A stretch of 64,000 nt of DNA, taken from the NCBI GenBank assembly GCA_035317185.1, contig DATHHN010000048.1, positions 27,194 to 91,193 of the forward strand, in the 5' to 3' direction. This DNA is from Edaphobacter sp. (GTDB lineage: Bacteria; Acidobacteriota; Terriglobia; Terriglobales; Acidobacteriaceae). The position numbers and the translations under genes are program-made. Positions 48,116 through 56,282 of this stretch are shown here, piece after piece. The notes under the pieces are model-generated. The model made no database searches and had not been told where the DNA came from. It saw only the letters and a program-made list of their open reading frames with translations. The stretch's first letter is position 1. Every line of letters starts with the position of its first letter.

Positions 48116-48946
48116 ATGGCGTCAACTCCGGCCGAAGAGGCCGCACAGCAGTTTCAGCAAGCCGTAGCAATCATGGCCCGCCTTCGCGCGCCCGACGGAT
48201 GCCCGTGGGATCGCGAACAGACCTTCGACACCATCAAACGCTACACCCTCGAAGAAACCTACGAGGTCTTCGACGCCATCGAACGCCGCGCATGGCCCGA
48301 CCTGAAAGACGAGCTTGGCGACCTGCTGCTGCAAGTGCTCTTCTACGCGCAGATGGCTTCCGAAGCTGGATACTTCACCATCTCCGATGTCGCCGCTAAC
48401 CTGAACGTCAAGCTCATTCGCCGCCATCCGCATGTCTTTGGCAATGCCGAGGCTATCGACGCCGATGCCGTGTTGCGCAATTGGGAGCAGATCAAGCGCG
48501 AAGAGAAGCAGTCAGTGGGCACAGCGCATCATTCCATGCTCGACGATATTCCTCGCACCATGCCTGCGATGCTGGAAGCAGGGAAGTTGGGCTCAAGAGC
48601 CGCGAAGGTCGGCTTCGACTGGCCGAACGTCGACGGTCTCTTTGAAAAATTACAAGAGGAAATTGCAGAGCTGCAGGCGGAGCTGACTCCTTCCACGGCG
48701 AGCGCGCCTACAGCAGCAGAAGAGGAGTTAGGCGATCTTTTGTTTACCGCCGTCAACCTCGCCCGGCATCTCAAAATCGATCCGGAATCTGCTCTGCGCG
48801 CGTCGAATGCCAAGTTTCGCAATCGCTTCCGTGCGATGGAGTCCGCTGGGGGTGGCAAAGACGCCCTGGCGGCCCGTACCCCGGAGGAGCTCGAAGATCT
48901 ATGGAACCAGGCGAAGAATTCTACCAGCGAGTCGCAAAGTTCATGA
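48116..48946 (+). CDS. mazG: Nucleoside triphosphate pyrophosphohydrolase MazG
   Basis: GCPWDREQT, EETYEV, ELGDLLLQV, KLIRRHPHVF, GFDW, EELGDLLF. Confidence 0.97.
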   Translation: MASTPAEEAAQQFQQAVAIMARLRAPDGCPWDREQTFDTIKRYTLEETYEVFDAIERRAWPDLKDELGDLLLQVLFYAQMASEAGYFTISDVAANLNVKLIRRHPHVFGNAEAIDADAVLRNWEQIKREEKQSVGTAHHSMLDDIPRTMPAMLEAGKLGSRAAKVGFDWPNVDGLFEKLQEEIAELQAELTPSTASAPTAAEEELGDLLFTAVNLARHLKIDPESALRASNAKFRNRFRAMESAGGGKDALAARTPEELEDLWNQAKNSTSESQSS

Positions 48947-49713
48947 ACGTCCATCCTAAAGGCAGCGCCAATATCGAGATATGCCCCCTCACCACCCTCG
49001 AACACTTCGAGCGTTGCGTCGTCCTGCAACTTGAGGTCTGGGGCTATAGTGACGGCGATGTCATTCCGCGTCGTGTCTTTATCGTTGCCAAGCGCATCGG
49101 CGGGCAGGTTATCGGCGCCTTCGATGGCGACACCATCATCGGCTTTGCGATGGCTTTGCCAGGCTACCGCGATGGCTATCCCTATCTCCACTCGCACATG
49201 CTGGCAGTGCTGCCGGACTACCGCAATGCAGGCCTTGGCCGCAGCCTGAAGCTCGCCCAGCGCGACGACGCCATTGCCCGGGGCTTCAACCTGATGGAGT
49301 GGACCTTCGATCCTCTGGAGATCAAAAACGCCCACCTGAATATCGCCCGGCTCGGGGCCATCTCGCGCCGCTACCAGCCGGATTTTTACGGTCCTTCATC
49401 GTCGCCGTTGCAGGGAGGCCTTCCAACGGATAGGCTATACGCGGAGTGGTGGTTGAACTCGCCCCGCGTCACCAATCTGCTCAACGGGGAGGCTCAGCCG
49501 ATCCAGTCGGTCGAACGTATTACTGTCCCGCATACCGTCTACCAGTGGAAGCAGGACGTCCAGCGGCGAAGTCTTGCGCAGCAGTTACAAACCGGCAATC
49601 GCGAAGCCCTCCAATCCGCCTTCAGTCGGGGTCTCGCGGTAGTCGGCTATGAACGTGACTCCGATGGCAACGGCAGCTTTTTACTTGGCCAATGGGAAGA
49701 ACCGAAGGGATAG
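48943..49713 (+). CDS. GNAT-family acyltransferase (COG3375-like)
   Basis: LHSHMLAVLPDYRNAGLG..LKLAQR, WTFDPL..NAHLN..LGA, TDRL.AEW; ATGA overlap with mazG. Confidence 0.88.
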   Translation: MNVHPKGSANIEICPLTTLEHFERCVVLQLEVWGYSDGDVIPRRVFIVAKRIGGQVIGAFDGDTIIGFAMALPGYRDGYPYLHSHMLAVLPDYRNAGLGRSLKLAQRDDAIARGFNLMEWTFDPLEIKNAHLNIARLGAISRRYQPDFYGPSSSPLQGGLPTDRLYAEWWLNSPRVTNLLNGEAQPIQSVERITVPHTVYQWKQDVQRRSLAQQLQTGNREALQSAFSRGLAVVGYERDSDGNGSFLLGQWEEPKG

Positions 49714-49795
49714 CAGCGAAATCAAGCGAGCTTAAATTTCGAAATCAATTTGTAACGATCACCGGTACTGAATCTCCGAGAGACTGGAACGCCAT

Positions 49796-50929
49796 ATGTT
49801 CAACATCGATGCCATTCACCTGCGCGAGATCAATATGCCGCTGGCATATCCCTTCGAGACCAGCTTCGGCCTCACCACCGGCCGCCGTATCCTCTTAGTC
49901 GAACTTGAGGCCGACGGCCTGACCGCCTGGGGCGAGTGCGTTGCCGGCGAACACCCTTATTTCAGCGACGAGATGATCGATACCGCCTGGATCATCACCG
50001 AAACTGAATTGGCTCCTCGTCTGCTCGACGCCGAAGTGCGCGGAGGCTCGAGCTGTCCCGATCTCTTCAAGCAGGTCCGCGGCCATCGCATGGCCAAGGC
50101 CGCGCTCGAAAACGCAGTATGGGATCTGGAGGCGCAGGCCAAGCGAATCTCGCTTGCCGAGCTGCTTGGCGGAACGCGCGAAATCATTCCATGCGGAGTT
50201 TCGATCGGGATTCAGCCTTCGCTCGAGCAGCTTATGGACAAGATCGAAATGGAGCTTGCAGCTGGCTATCAACGCATCAAGTTGAAATGTAAGCCGGGGT
50301 GGGACCACCGCCTCTTCGAGGCTGTGCGTGAGCGTTGGCCCGGCATCATGTTGAGTTGCGACGCCAACTCCGCCTATCGCATGAAAGATCTCGACCACAT
50401 CGCTGAATGGGACAAATTCAATCTTCTGATGATCGAGCAACCTCTCTGGTACGACGATTTCTACTTCCACTCCATGTTACAGAAGCGCATCGATACCCCC
50501 ATCTGTCTTGACGAATCCATTCGCAACCGCCGGGACGCACTCGCGGCGATTGCCATGGAGTCCTGCCGGATCATCAATATCAAAGTAGGGCGCGTGGGCG
50601 GTTTCAGCGAGGCAATCGCCGTCCACAACATCGCCGAAGAGCGTGGCATTCCCGTATGGTGTGGCGGCATGTTGGAGACAGGCATCGGCCGCTCGCACAA
50701 TATAGCCCTGTCGTCATTGCCCAACTTCACGCTCCCCGGCGACGTCTCCGCCTCCAGTCGCTACTGGTCGCAGGACATCATCGAGCCTGCAGTCACCGTC
50801 AGCTCCAAAGGCGAGATCGTAGTTCCCGACGACATTGGAAGAGGCTTTGAGGTACAGAAGGACCGTATCGAAGCACTGACAGTTCGCCGCCAGACGCTCC
50901 GTGCGAAAGCGCGTGTTACCGCCGCCTAG
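49796..50929 (+). CDS. menC: o-Succinylbenzoate synthase / N-succinylamino acid racemase (enolase superfamily)
   Basis: FETSFG, IKLKCK, DAN, IEQP, LDES, NIKVGRVGG, CGGMLE, PGDVS. Confidence 0.92.
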   Translation: MFNIDAIHLREINMPLAYPFETSFGLTTGRRILLVELEADGLTAWGECVAGEHPYFSDEMIDTAWIITETELAPRLLDAEVRGGSSCPDLFKQVRGHRMAKAALENAVWDLEAQAKRISLAELLGGTREIIPCGVSIGIQPSLEQLMDKIEMELAAGYQRIKLKCKPGWDHRLFEAVRERWPGIMLSCDANSAYRMKDLDHIAEWDKFNLLMIEQPLWYDDFYFHSMLQKRIDTPICLDESIRNRRDALAAIAMESCRIINIKVGRVGGFSEAIAVHNIAEERGIPVWCGGMLETGIGRSHNIALSSLPNFTLPGDVSASSRYWSQDIIEPAVTVSSKGEIVVPDDIGRGFEVQKDRIEALTVRRQTLRAKARVTAA

Positions 50930-50934
50930 AGAAG

Positions 50935-51855
50935 CTACTTCGGCAATGGTGTGTCCAACAACAAGTGGATCGCATCCTGGTAGCTTATTTCGTTGATTGG
51001 CTTGAACTCTGACGCTTGCACGTTGGTCTTTACATTCAGCGTCTTCACCATCAGCGCACGCACGGCTAGTTGTTCGGTGAAATTTGTGTAGATCCACCGT
51101 CCGCCGCCTGAGTCGGTCTGTTCGATTGCCAGCTTGCCGCCAGGATAGATGTGCGCCAGCATCCCCCAGCCAAAGTTAATGCTACGGAAGATCGTTCCTT
51201 CCATGCGAACGACATATTTGCTCTTTGCATCGATCCACACTCGACCCTTAAGCCCCGTCAACGCCTCTGCAGTGGTCGTCGGCGGAAAGAACTTGGGATT
51301 GGGTTCATAGTCGAGCACAATCTCGGTCATTCCCGGATTCTTCCCCGTCTGTGGCTGCCCCGGCACATAGGTATACAGCATGGCATCCGGCATCAGTTTG
51401 ATCAGGGAATCCGCGATCTTGCGGCCCGAAGCATCATTTTTTACATGCTTGGCATAGGCCGACGGAGACGACAGTATATCGTTCAGGCGCTGACGTTCTC
51501 CCTTGTCCTGCTCCTCCGTCAGCGGTTTGCCATCACGCAGAATCAGTCGCGCCACACTGCCATCTTTGCTCTCGATCACATCGCGGGTCTGGTCTCCCTT
51601 GTCATCGACAAGGTGCATGCGGTAGCGCAGGTACGATCCTTTGTAATGCAACGCCGTCAGCTCGTTCGCACTGGCGGCTTCGACCCATACACGTGGCTCA
51701 ACTGATAGTGGAGACGACGCGGCATCAGCCTTGGCTGCGGCTGTGTTCTGTCCTAAGGCAGTAATGGTTACAGCCTGTAGCGTTCCAAATAAGGCCAGTG
51801 CGGACCATAGCAGGACTTTCCCGCGAATCAGTGCACGCCGTTGGACGCAAACCAT
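50935..51855 (-). CDS. Secreted hypothetical protein
   Basis: Signal/anchor near the N-terminus; beta-rich body (GRVWID, GMLAHIYPGG). Start uncertain (51855 or 51888). Confidence 0.75.
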   Translation of the reverse strand: MVCVQRRALIRGKVLLWSALALFGTLQAVTITALGQNTAAAKADAASSPLSVEPRVWVEAASANELTALHYKGSYLRYRMHLVDDKGDQTRDVIESKDGSVARLILRDGKPLTEEQDKGERQRLNDILSSPSAYAKHVKNDASGRKIADSLIKLMPDAMLYTYVPGQPQTGKNPGMTEIVLDYEPNPKFFPPTTTAEALTGLKGRVWIDAKSKYVVRMEGTIFRSINFGWGMLAHIYPGGKLAIEQTDSGGGRWIYTNFTEQLAVRALMVKTLNVKTNVQASEFKPINEISYQDAIHLLLDTPLPK

Positions 51856-51917
51856 CTTCCCAGTTCCTTCTCCCGTCAAACGTTGCACTCCTCGCTTACA
51901 TTTATGCGTTCCGCTTA

Positions 51918-51939
51918 TCTTATGTAAGTCTTATGTAAG
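51918..51939. promoter_or_regulatory. Perfect 11-bp tandem repeat in a divergent promoter region
   Basis: TCTTATGTAAG TCTTATGTAAG; each unit is also near-palindromic (CTTA-TG-TAAG). Confidence 0.55.
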
Positions 51940-52048
51940 ACGGATGGATCCGCCACAAAGTTTTCTCGTTTGCCTCTAGGCATTGGCTTGGGTATAGTTC
52001 GGGCAAGGCGCACCAACTTAGATGCAAGATCCAGGAGACCAGAAGCAC

Positions 52049-52456
52049 ATGAAGCCAGCAGAAGGTTCCACCGTCATAGGCAGGTCAGTAACCATCCGGG
52101 GAGAACTTACCGGCAACGAAGACCTTTTCATGGACGGTGACATTGAGGGTACGATCACGTTGCCGGGAAGCCGGTTGACCATTGGTCCGAATGCGCGCAT
52201 CCTCGCCGACATTCATGGTCTCGACATCACTGTATTCGGCGCGGTCACGGGAAACATCCACGCAGCAGGCCGCCTCGAGCTGCGTCAGTCTGCCTCGGTT
52301 ACAGGTGATATCTTTGCGAGCAGGCTATCGATCGAAGAGAGTGCCTTCATCAAGGGAAGCGTTGAACTCAAAACTGCCGAAACATCATCGGCACAGGTCT
52401 CAACCGTCCCCGAGGGTAAGATTCAGGAAACTCTCGTCCTTGAGCCAAAGGCCTAG
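52049..52456 (+). CDS. Bactofilin (polymer-forming cytoskeletal protein)
   Basis: TVIGRSVTIRGELTGNEDLFMDGDIEGTI..LTIGPNA..VFGAVTGNIHA..LSIEESAFIKG. Confidence 0.95.
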   Translation: MKPAEGSTVIGRSVTIRGELTGNEDLFMDGDIEGTITLPGSRLTIGPNARILADIHGLDITVFGAVTGNIHAAGRLELRQSASVTGDIFASRLSIEESAFIKGSVELKTAETSSAQVSTVPEGKIQETLVLEPKA

Positions 52457-52477
52457 AACAGAAAGGGAAGCGGACGT

Positions 52478-53113
52478 ATGCGCAGCCTCTTTGGCGGTAG
52501 TGATAGTACAAGCACACGTGGGGCCGATGCCACTCGCGTCCCACGCCACTCAAGCGGATGGAAGGATTTGCTCAAGTACCTGCGAACGCAGGAGTCGCTG
52601 CGCATTCTCGATATCGGCCCAACCTCATCGACGAATATCAACTACATCACCAGCCTCGGCCATAGCATCTATATGGCGAACCTGGTGGAAGAGGCCGCCA
52701 AGCCAGAGTGGGTTATTCCAGCCGAAGCCGGCGAACAATCCACGTACGACATTGATGGCTTTCTCGCCAACAATCTCAACTTCTCCGGACGCCACTTTGA
52801 TGTAGTTATTTTGTGGGACACAGCGGATTATCTGCCGGAGCCGTTACTGGCACCCGTTTTTTCACGCATCCATGAAGTAATGGAACCGGGCGGACTTATG
52901 CTTGCCTTCTTCCATGCCACGATTGATCCTGCCCTGCACTTTAGCCGTTACCATCTCACCGATACTGAATTTGTTGAGATGCAGAAGGCAGGGAACTATC
53001 CGTTGCTTCATATCTATAGCAATCGAAAGATCGAAAATATGCTGAATCAGTTCAGCAACTATCGGTTCTTTTTGGCAAAAGATAATCTGCGGGAAGTAAT
53101 TGTCACACGATAA
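52478..53113 (+). CDS. Class I SAM-dependent methyltransferase-like protein
   Basis: ILDIGPTS (variant motif I), HFDVVILWD..DYL, MEPGG. Confidence 0.7.
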   Translation: MRSLFGGSDSTSTRGADATRVPRHSSGWKDLLKYLRTQESLRILDIGPTSSTNINYITSLGHSIYMANLVEEAAKPEWVIPAEAGEQSTYDIDGFLANNLNFSGRHFDVVILWDTADYLPEPLLAPVFSRIHEVMEPGGLMLAFFHATIDPALHFSRYHLTDTEFVEMQKAGNYPLLHIYSNRKIENMLNQFSNYRFFLAKDNLREVIVTR

Positions 53114-53147
53114 AAAATTGCATAAAGAAAGATGCTTCAGCGCAGGA

Positions 53148-53185
53148 AAAAGCGCAAGAGCGGAAACTGCAGCGCTTGCGCTTTT
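53148..53185. terminator. Bidirectional terminator
   Basis: AAAAGCGCAAG...CTTGCGCTTTT between convergent genes. Confidence 0.8.
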
Positions 53186-53204
53186 CATCTTGCGACGTTG
53201 AAGC

Positions 53205-53462
53205 CTAACCCTTGGCGTTCTGTTTTCTACGCTCAGCCCACCGCTTTTTCATAGCATCGGCAATGCGCTTACGTCCCTCTGGGCTTAGTTTGCGTTTCCG
53301 TGCTCCTGCTGGAGCGGCGGCAGCGCCACCATTCTTGCTTCCCTTGGGACGTCCACGACCTGCCCGCGCAGCCGGAGCAGCAACTCCAGCAAGCAAAGCA
53401 CGTGCCTGCTGCAGTTTTAATATTTGGGCATCAATCTCTGCGACGATACGGCTAACTTCCAC
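53205..53462 (-). CDS. 85-aa basic protein with a coiled coil and an AT-hook (candidate nucleoid-associated protein)
   Basis: GTG 53462 with SD GGAGG; MEVSRIVAEIDAQILKLQQARALLAG, GRGRPKGSKN, RKRKLSPEGRKRIADAMKKRWAERRK. Confidence 0.8.
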   Translation of the reverse strand: MEVSRIVAEIDAQILKLQQARALLAGVAAPAARAGRGRPKGSKNGGAAAAPAGARKRKLSPEGRKRIADAMKKRWAERRKQNAKG

Positions 53463-53547
53463 TTGCTGCCTCCAGTTGGCACCGGTAATTTGAGTCACTT
53501 GATTCAGCTGGGAGGCACAAATCAAATCCCCTGAATGCCACATAATT

Positions 53548-53576
53548 ACCATACAGAAGCAACTAATGACTGGCAA
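53548..53576 (-). promoter_or_regulatory. sigma70 promoter of the AT-hook gene
   Basis: TTGCCA (53576-53571), 17 nt, TATGGT (53553-53548). Confidence 0.6.
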
Positions 53577-53592
53577 ACAAGTAATAACTACT

Positions 53593-55977
53593 TTAAGACT
53601 TATTGACTACATCTGAAGTAGACTTCGTATCCTTTGTTTCTAGACCTCGTTGCGGCGCACGCACAGCATATCCCGGTCCTGCCTCATCCATCTCTTCATA
53701 GCGTGAATTTCCCAGGCCGCGGCGTGTATTAACCTCTTCAATACAATGCTTCAACCCTTTTAGTGTCTCTTGTTTATCCTGCGCAAACTCAGCAGCCATG
53801 CGGGTCAGCGCATAGGTGACGATATCGCTATGATGTAAGTCATGCATCCCCGGCGCGCGCCGCAGATTCAGCCACAACCGATGCACTAGCTGTACTTCGT
53901 TTGGTTGAATTGCCGGAGCATGAGGTCCAATGTGAAAACTCAGTGACTCACCATCCGGCTTGATGACATAAAAAGTAAATTGCCGTTTCGGCTCAGGCAA
54001 AGCCTCCCATGCCTGACCTACATGATAGGCCTGTTCTTCAGCAGTCAGCTTGCTCGACAGGCCGGAGATTACGGCAGCCGCCTCGAGTGAGTTAGCCGTC
54101 TGCACAAGGGCAGCGAATATATCGCCTGCCGGAACTACAAGCAAAGAAATATGTTTGCCAAAGCTCTCTGCCACGGAGACTGCCTTGGTAAATAGCATTT
54201 GCTCATGCTCGCTGAATAACTGCTCGGAGGCATCAACGTACTCTGGCCCACCTGCACCCATCATTCGCGCGGCAAGCACAACCAGATCCTGCTCGTCTGT
54301 ATTGGTATGAGTTAGAGCCCACTTCAACGCGAATGGTGTGGCGGAGTCTCGCATTGTTACTACTACGGCACCCGGACGAATCTCCAGCGCATCTCGACCT
54401 ACTGTGTCCTGGTGTTCCAGTTGAAAATGTTCTCTCATCTGGCGCGTAGTCAGGTCATGGCGCCTCTTGTTATCCCTCTCCGAGAGCGTAAACACAATAA
54501 AGAAGGCTGCCGCAAAGATGACGCCACTTACTGTAGCTACCGATTTAGTAAATAAATTCACAATCGCGGTAGACAGTAACACCAGAAATACTGAGATAAG
54601 TCCCAGTGGTATCTCAGTTTTACCAATGCGAAGGTTAAGCGGCACTTTCGACCCCCGCTCTCCGCGAAACTTCCAGCGCAACACCAGCATAGCCAGCGCA
54701 TTGAAAGTAAAACTCCAGATAACACCGAACGCATACGCCTCGCCGATAATTAAAACATTGCCGTGGGTCAGCACAATAACAAACAGCTGGATTCCCGCAA
54801 CAAGATTGATGATCCTGTAACTCGTTCCGTACTTTCGCTGTGGCTTGCGGAACCAATCCGTAAGTACGCCATCCTCTGCGACGCGCATCAACACGCCTGT
54901 TGAGCCGACGATAGCGGTATTGACTGCACCCCCAAGGATCAGAAATCCAACCAGCACCACAAAGCCACGGAAGAATATCCGTAATATCTCCGGCCCCACC
55001 ATGTACATCGCCATACCCGCGATCAGGTTGTCGCGGTAGACATGGACTCGAACAGCGTCGGGAATAATCATGACCGCAAGCATGGAGCACAGGCCCGTAA
55101 ACATAAAGCTGTACACCGCGATAACCAGGGCTGCACGCTTCAGGTTTTTCAGCTTCGGATGTTCAATCTCGCGGTTCACCTGTGCGAGTGACTCCTCGCC
55201 GCTCATGGCAAGCACCGAGTGGCCAAAGGCCATCACCACGCCAAGCAGTCCCAGCGAAGACGCAAATTTCGTGCCCTTCAGAAAGCCCAAAGCATCCGGA
55301 CTGAAATGAAGATTGGAAGGAATAGGCAGAGGAGGCAGTGCCGCTCCACGGTGAACTACGGTAAAAATTCCCCAGGCCAGCAAGATCACCACCATTACGG
55401 TAGTGATCTTCATAATATCGAGAGCTTTTTCGCTCGACTCTTCAATCCCTTTGATGTTCTGCCACCAGAAGTAGATCGTAATAACGATAGCGATGCCGGC
55501 CGAAGAGAAATCGGGCCTGAGATGCGGTACGACAGCCCAGTGAAATCGAGCAGCGAAAAACGCCGCCAGGTCGTTCAACATACCGACGATGTACTGACCG
55601 GCGGAGACGCCTGATATTGGTCCCGTCAGCACATAATCGAACATCAGCGCCGAAACGCTTACTTTGGCAAATGTCCCCCCCAACGCCTCTTTGACGATAC
55701 GGTAGACGCCACCTCTGGTGAACATCGAGCAGCTCTCGACATACACCGCACGCACGGCATAGGCAAAGACCATCACGCCCAGAATGAACCACGGCGCTGC
55801 TTTGCCCACGGCCTCTTCAGCAAGGCCACCTGCATAGAAAGCGGAAGATCCAAGATCGTTGAGAACGATGGCGGCCGCACGCCAGAAAGAGATGAAGGTA
55901 AGCATGACCGAAGACGCCACAACAAGGCGTACACGGTTCGATTGCGGCAGAACGATAGTCTGTTTAGTTGCAGCCAT
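53593..55977 (-). CDS. KimA-like APC-superfamily transporter with a C-terminal cytoplasmic domain (probable K+/H+ symporter)
   Basis: NDLGSSAFY (Asp and Tyr 7 residues apart as in KimA), GGVY, LMFDYVLT, SGEESL; 12 TM-like segments plus a soluble C-terminus. Confidence 0.8.
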   Translation of the reverse strand: MAATKQTIVLPQSNRVRLVVASSVMLTFISFWRAAAIVLNDLGSSAFYAGGLAEEAVGKAAPWFILGVMVFAYAVRAVYVESCSMFTRGGVYRIVKEALGGTFAKVSVSALMFDYVLTGPISGVSAGQYIVGMLNDLAAFFAARFHWAVVPHLRPDFSSAGIAIVITIYFWWQNIKGIEESSEKALDIMKITTVMVVILLAWGIFTVVHRGAALPPLPIPSNLHFSPDALGFLKGTKFASSLGLLGVVMAFGHSVLAMSGEESLAQVNREIEHPKLKNLKRAALVIAVYSFMFTGLCSMLAVMIIPDAVRVHVYRDNLIAGMAMYMVGPEILRIFFRGFVVLVGFLILGGAVNTAIVGSTGVLMRVAEDGVLTDWFRKPQRKYGTSYRIINLVAGIQLFVIVLTHGNVLIIGEAYAFGVIWSFTFNALAMLVLRWKFRGERGSKVPLNLRIGKTEIPLGLISVFLVLLSTAIVNLFTKSVATVSGVIFAAAFFIVFTLSERDNKRRHDLTTRQMREHFQLEHQDTVGRDALEIRPGAVVVTMRDSATPFALKWALTHTNTDEQDLVVLAARMMGAGGPEYVDASEQLFSEHEQMLFTKAVSVAESFGKHISLLVVPAGDIFAALVQTANSLEAAAVISGLSSKLTAEEQAYHVGQAWEALPEPKRQFTFYVIKPDGESLSFHIGPHAPAIQPNEVQLVHRLWLNLRRAPGMHDLHHSDIVTYALTRMAAEFAQDKQETLKGLKHCIEEVNTRRGLGNSRYEEMDEAGPGYAVRAPQRGLETKDTKSTSDVVNKS

Positions 55978-56037
55978 TATTAAGCGGACGCGCCATCTGG
56001 TATTTGCGTCCTCGGAAACTACCGTCCGACATCCTAA

Positions 56038-56066
56038 AGTTTAGATTTGAGCTTATCCGTCGTCAA
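56038..56066 (-). promoter_or_regulatory. sigma70 promoter of the KimA-like gene
   Basis: TTGACG (56066-56061), 17 nt, TAAACT (56043-56038). Confidence 0.7.
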
Positions 56067-56077
56067 TAAGTCAGTGG

Positions 56078-56230
56078 TTACAAGTCTGGGCTATCTGTAT
56101 CTTCATCCGTTGTGAATACCTCTTGCAGATCACGAACTATCGTAGAGATCACAACGAAAAGCGAACCGACCATACCCGTAAAAAACAACGGCACAAGTAC
56201 TGCGGAAAGAATGTGGGTAAGCGTTTCCAT
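56078..56230 (-). CDS. 50-aa membrane micro-protein (below the ORF-track cutoff)
   Basis: Manual translation METLTHILSAVLVPLFFTGMVGSLFVVISTIVRDLQEVFTTDEDTDSPDL; long hydrophobic stretch and acidic tail; TACAAT 11 nt upstream. Confidence 0.65.
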   Translation of the reverse strand: METLTHILSAVLVPLFFTGMVGSLFVVISTIVRDLQEVFTTDEDTDSPDL

Positions 56231-56282
56231 ATCCGCAATCTATTGTAGTCTCGAATCGCAGCAATGCTAGACTTCATCTGCG

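Noticed and set aside
55978-56282. c-di-AMP (ydaO) riboswitch upstream of the KimA-like gene
   Set aside because: No consensus visible; the spacer is explained by a micro-ORF and a promoter.
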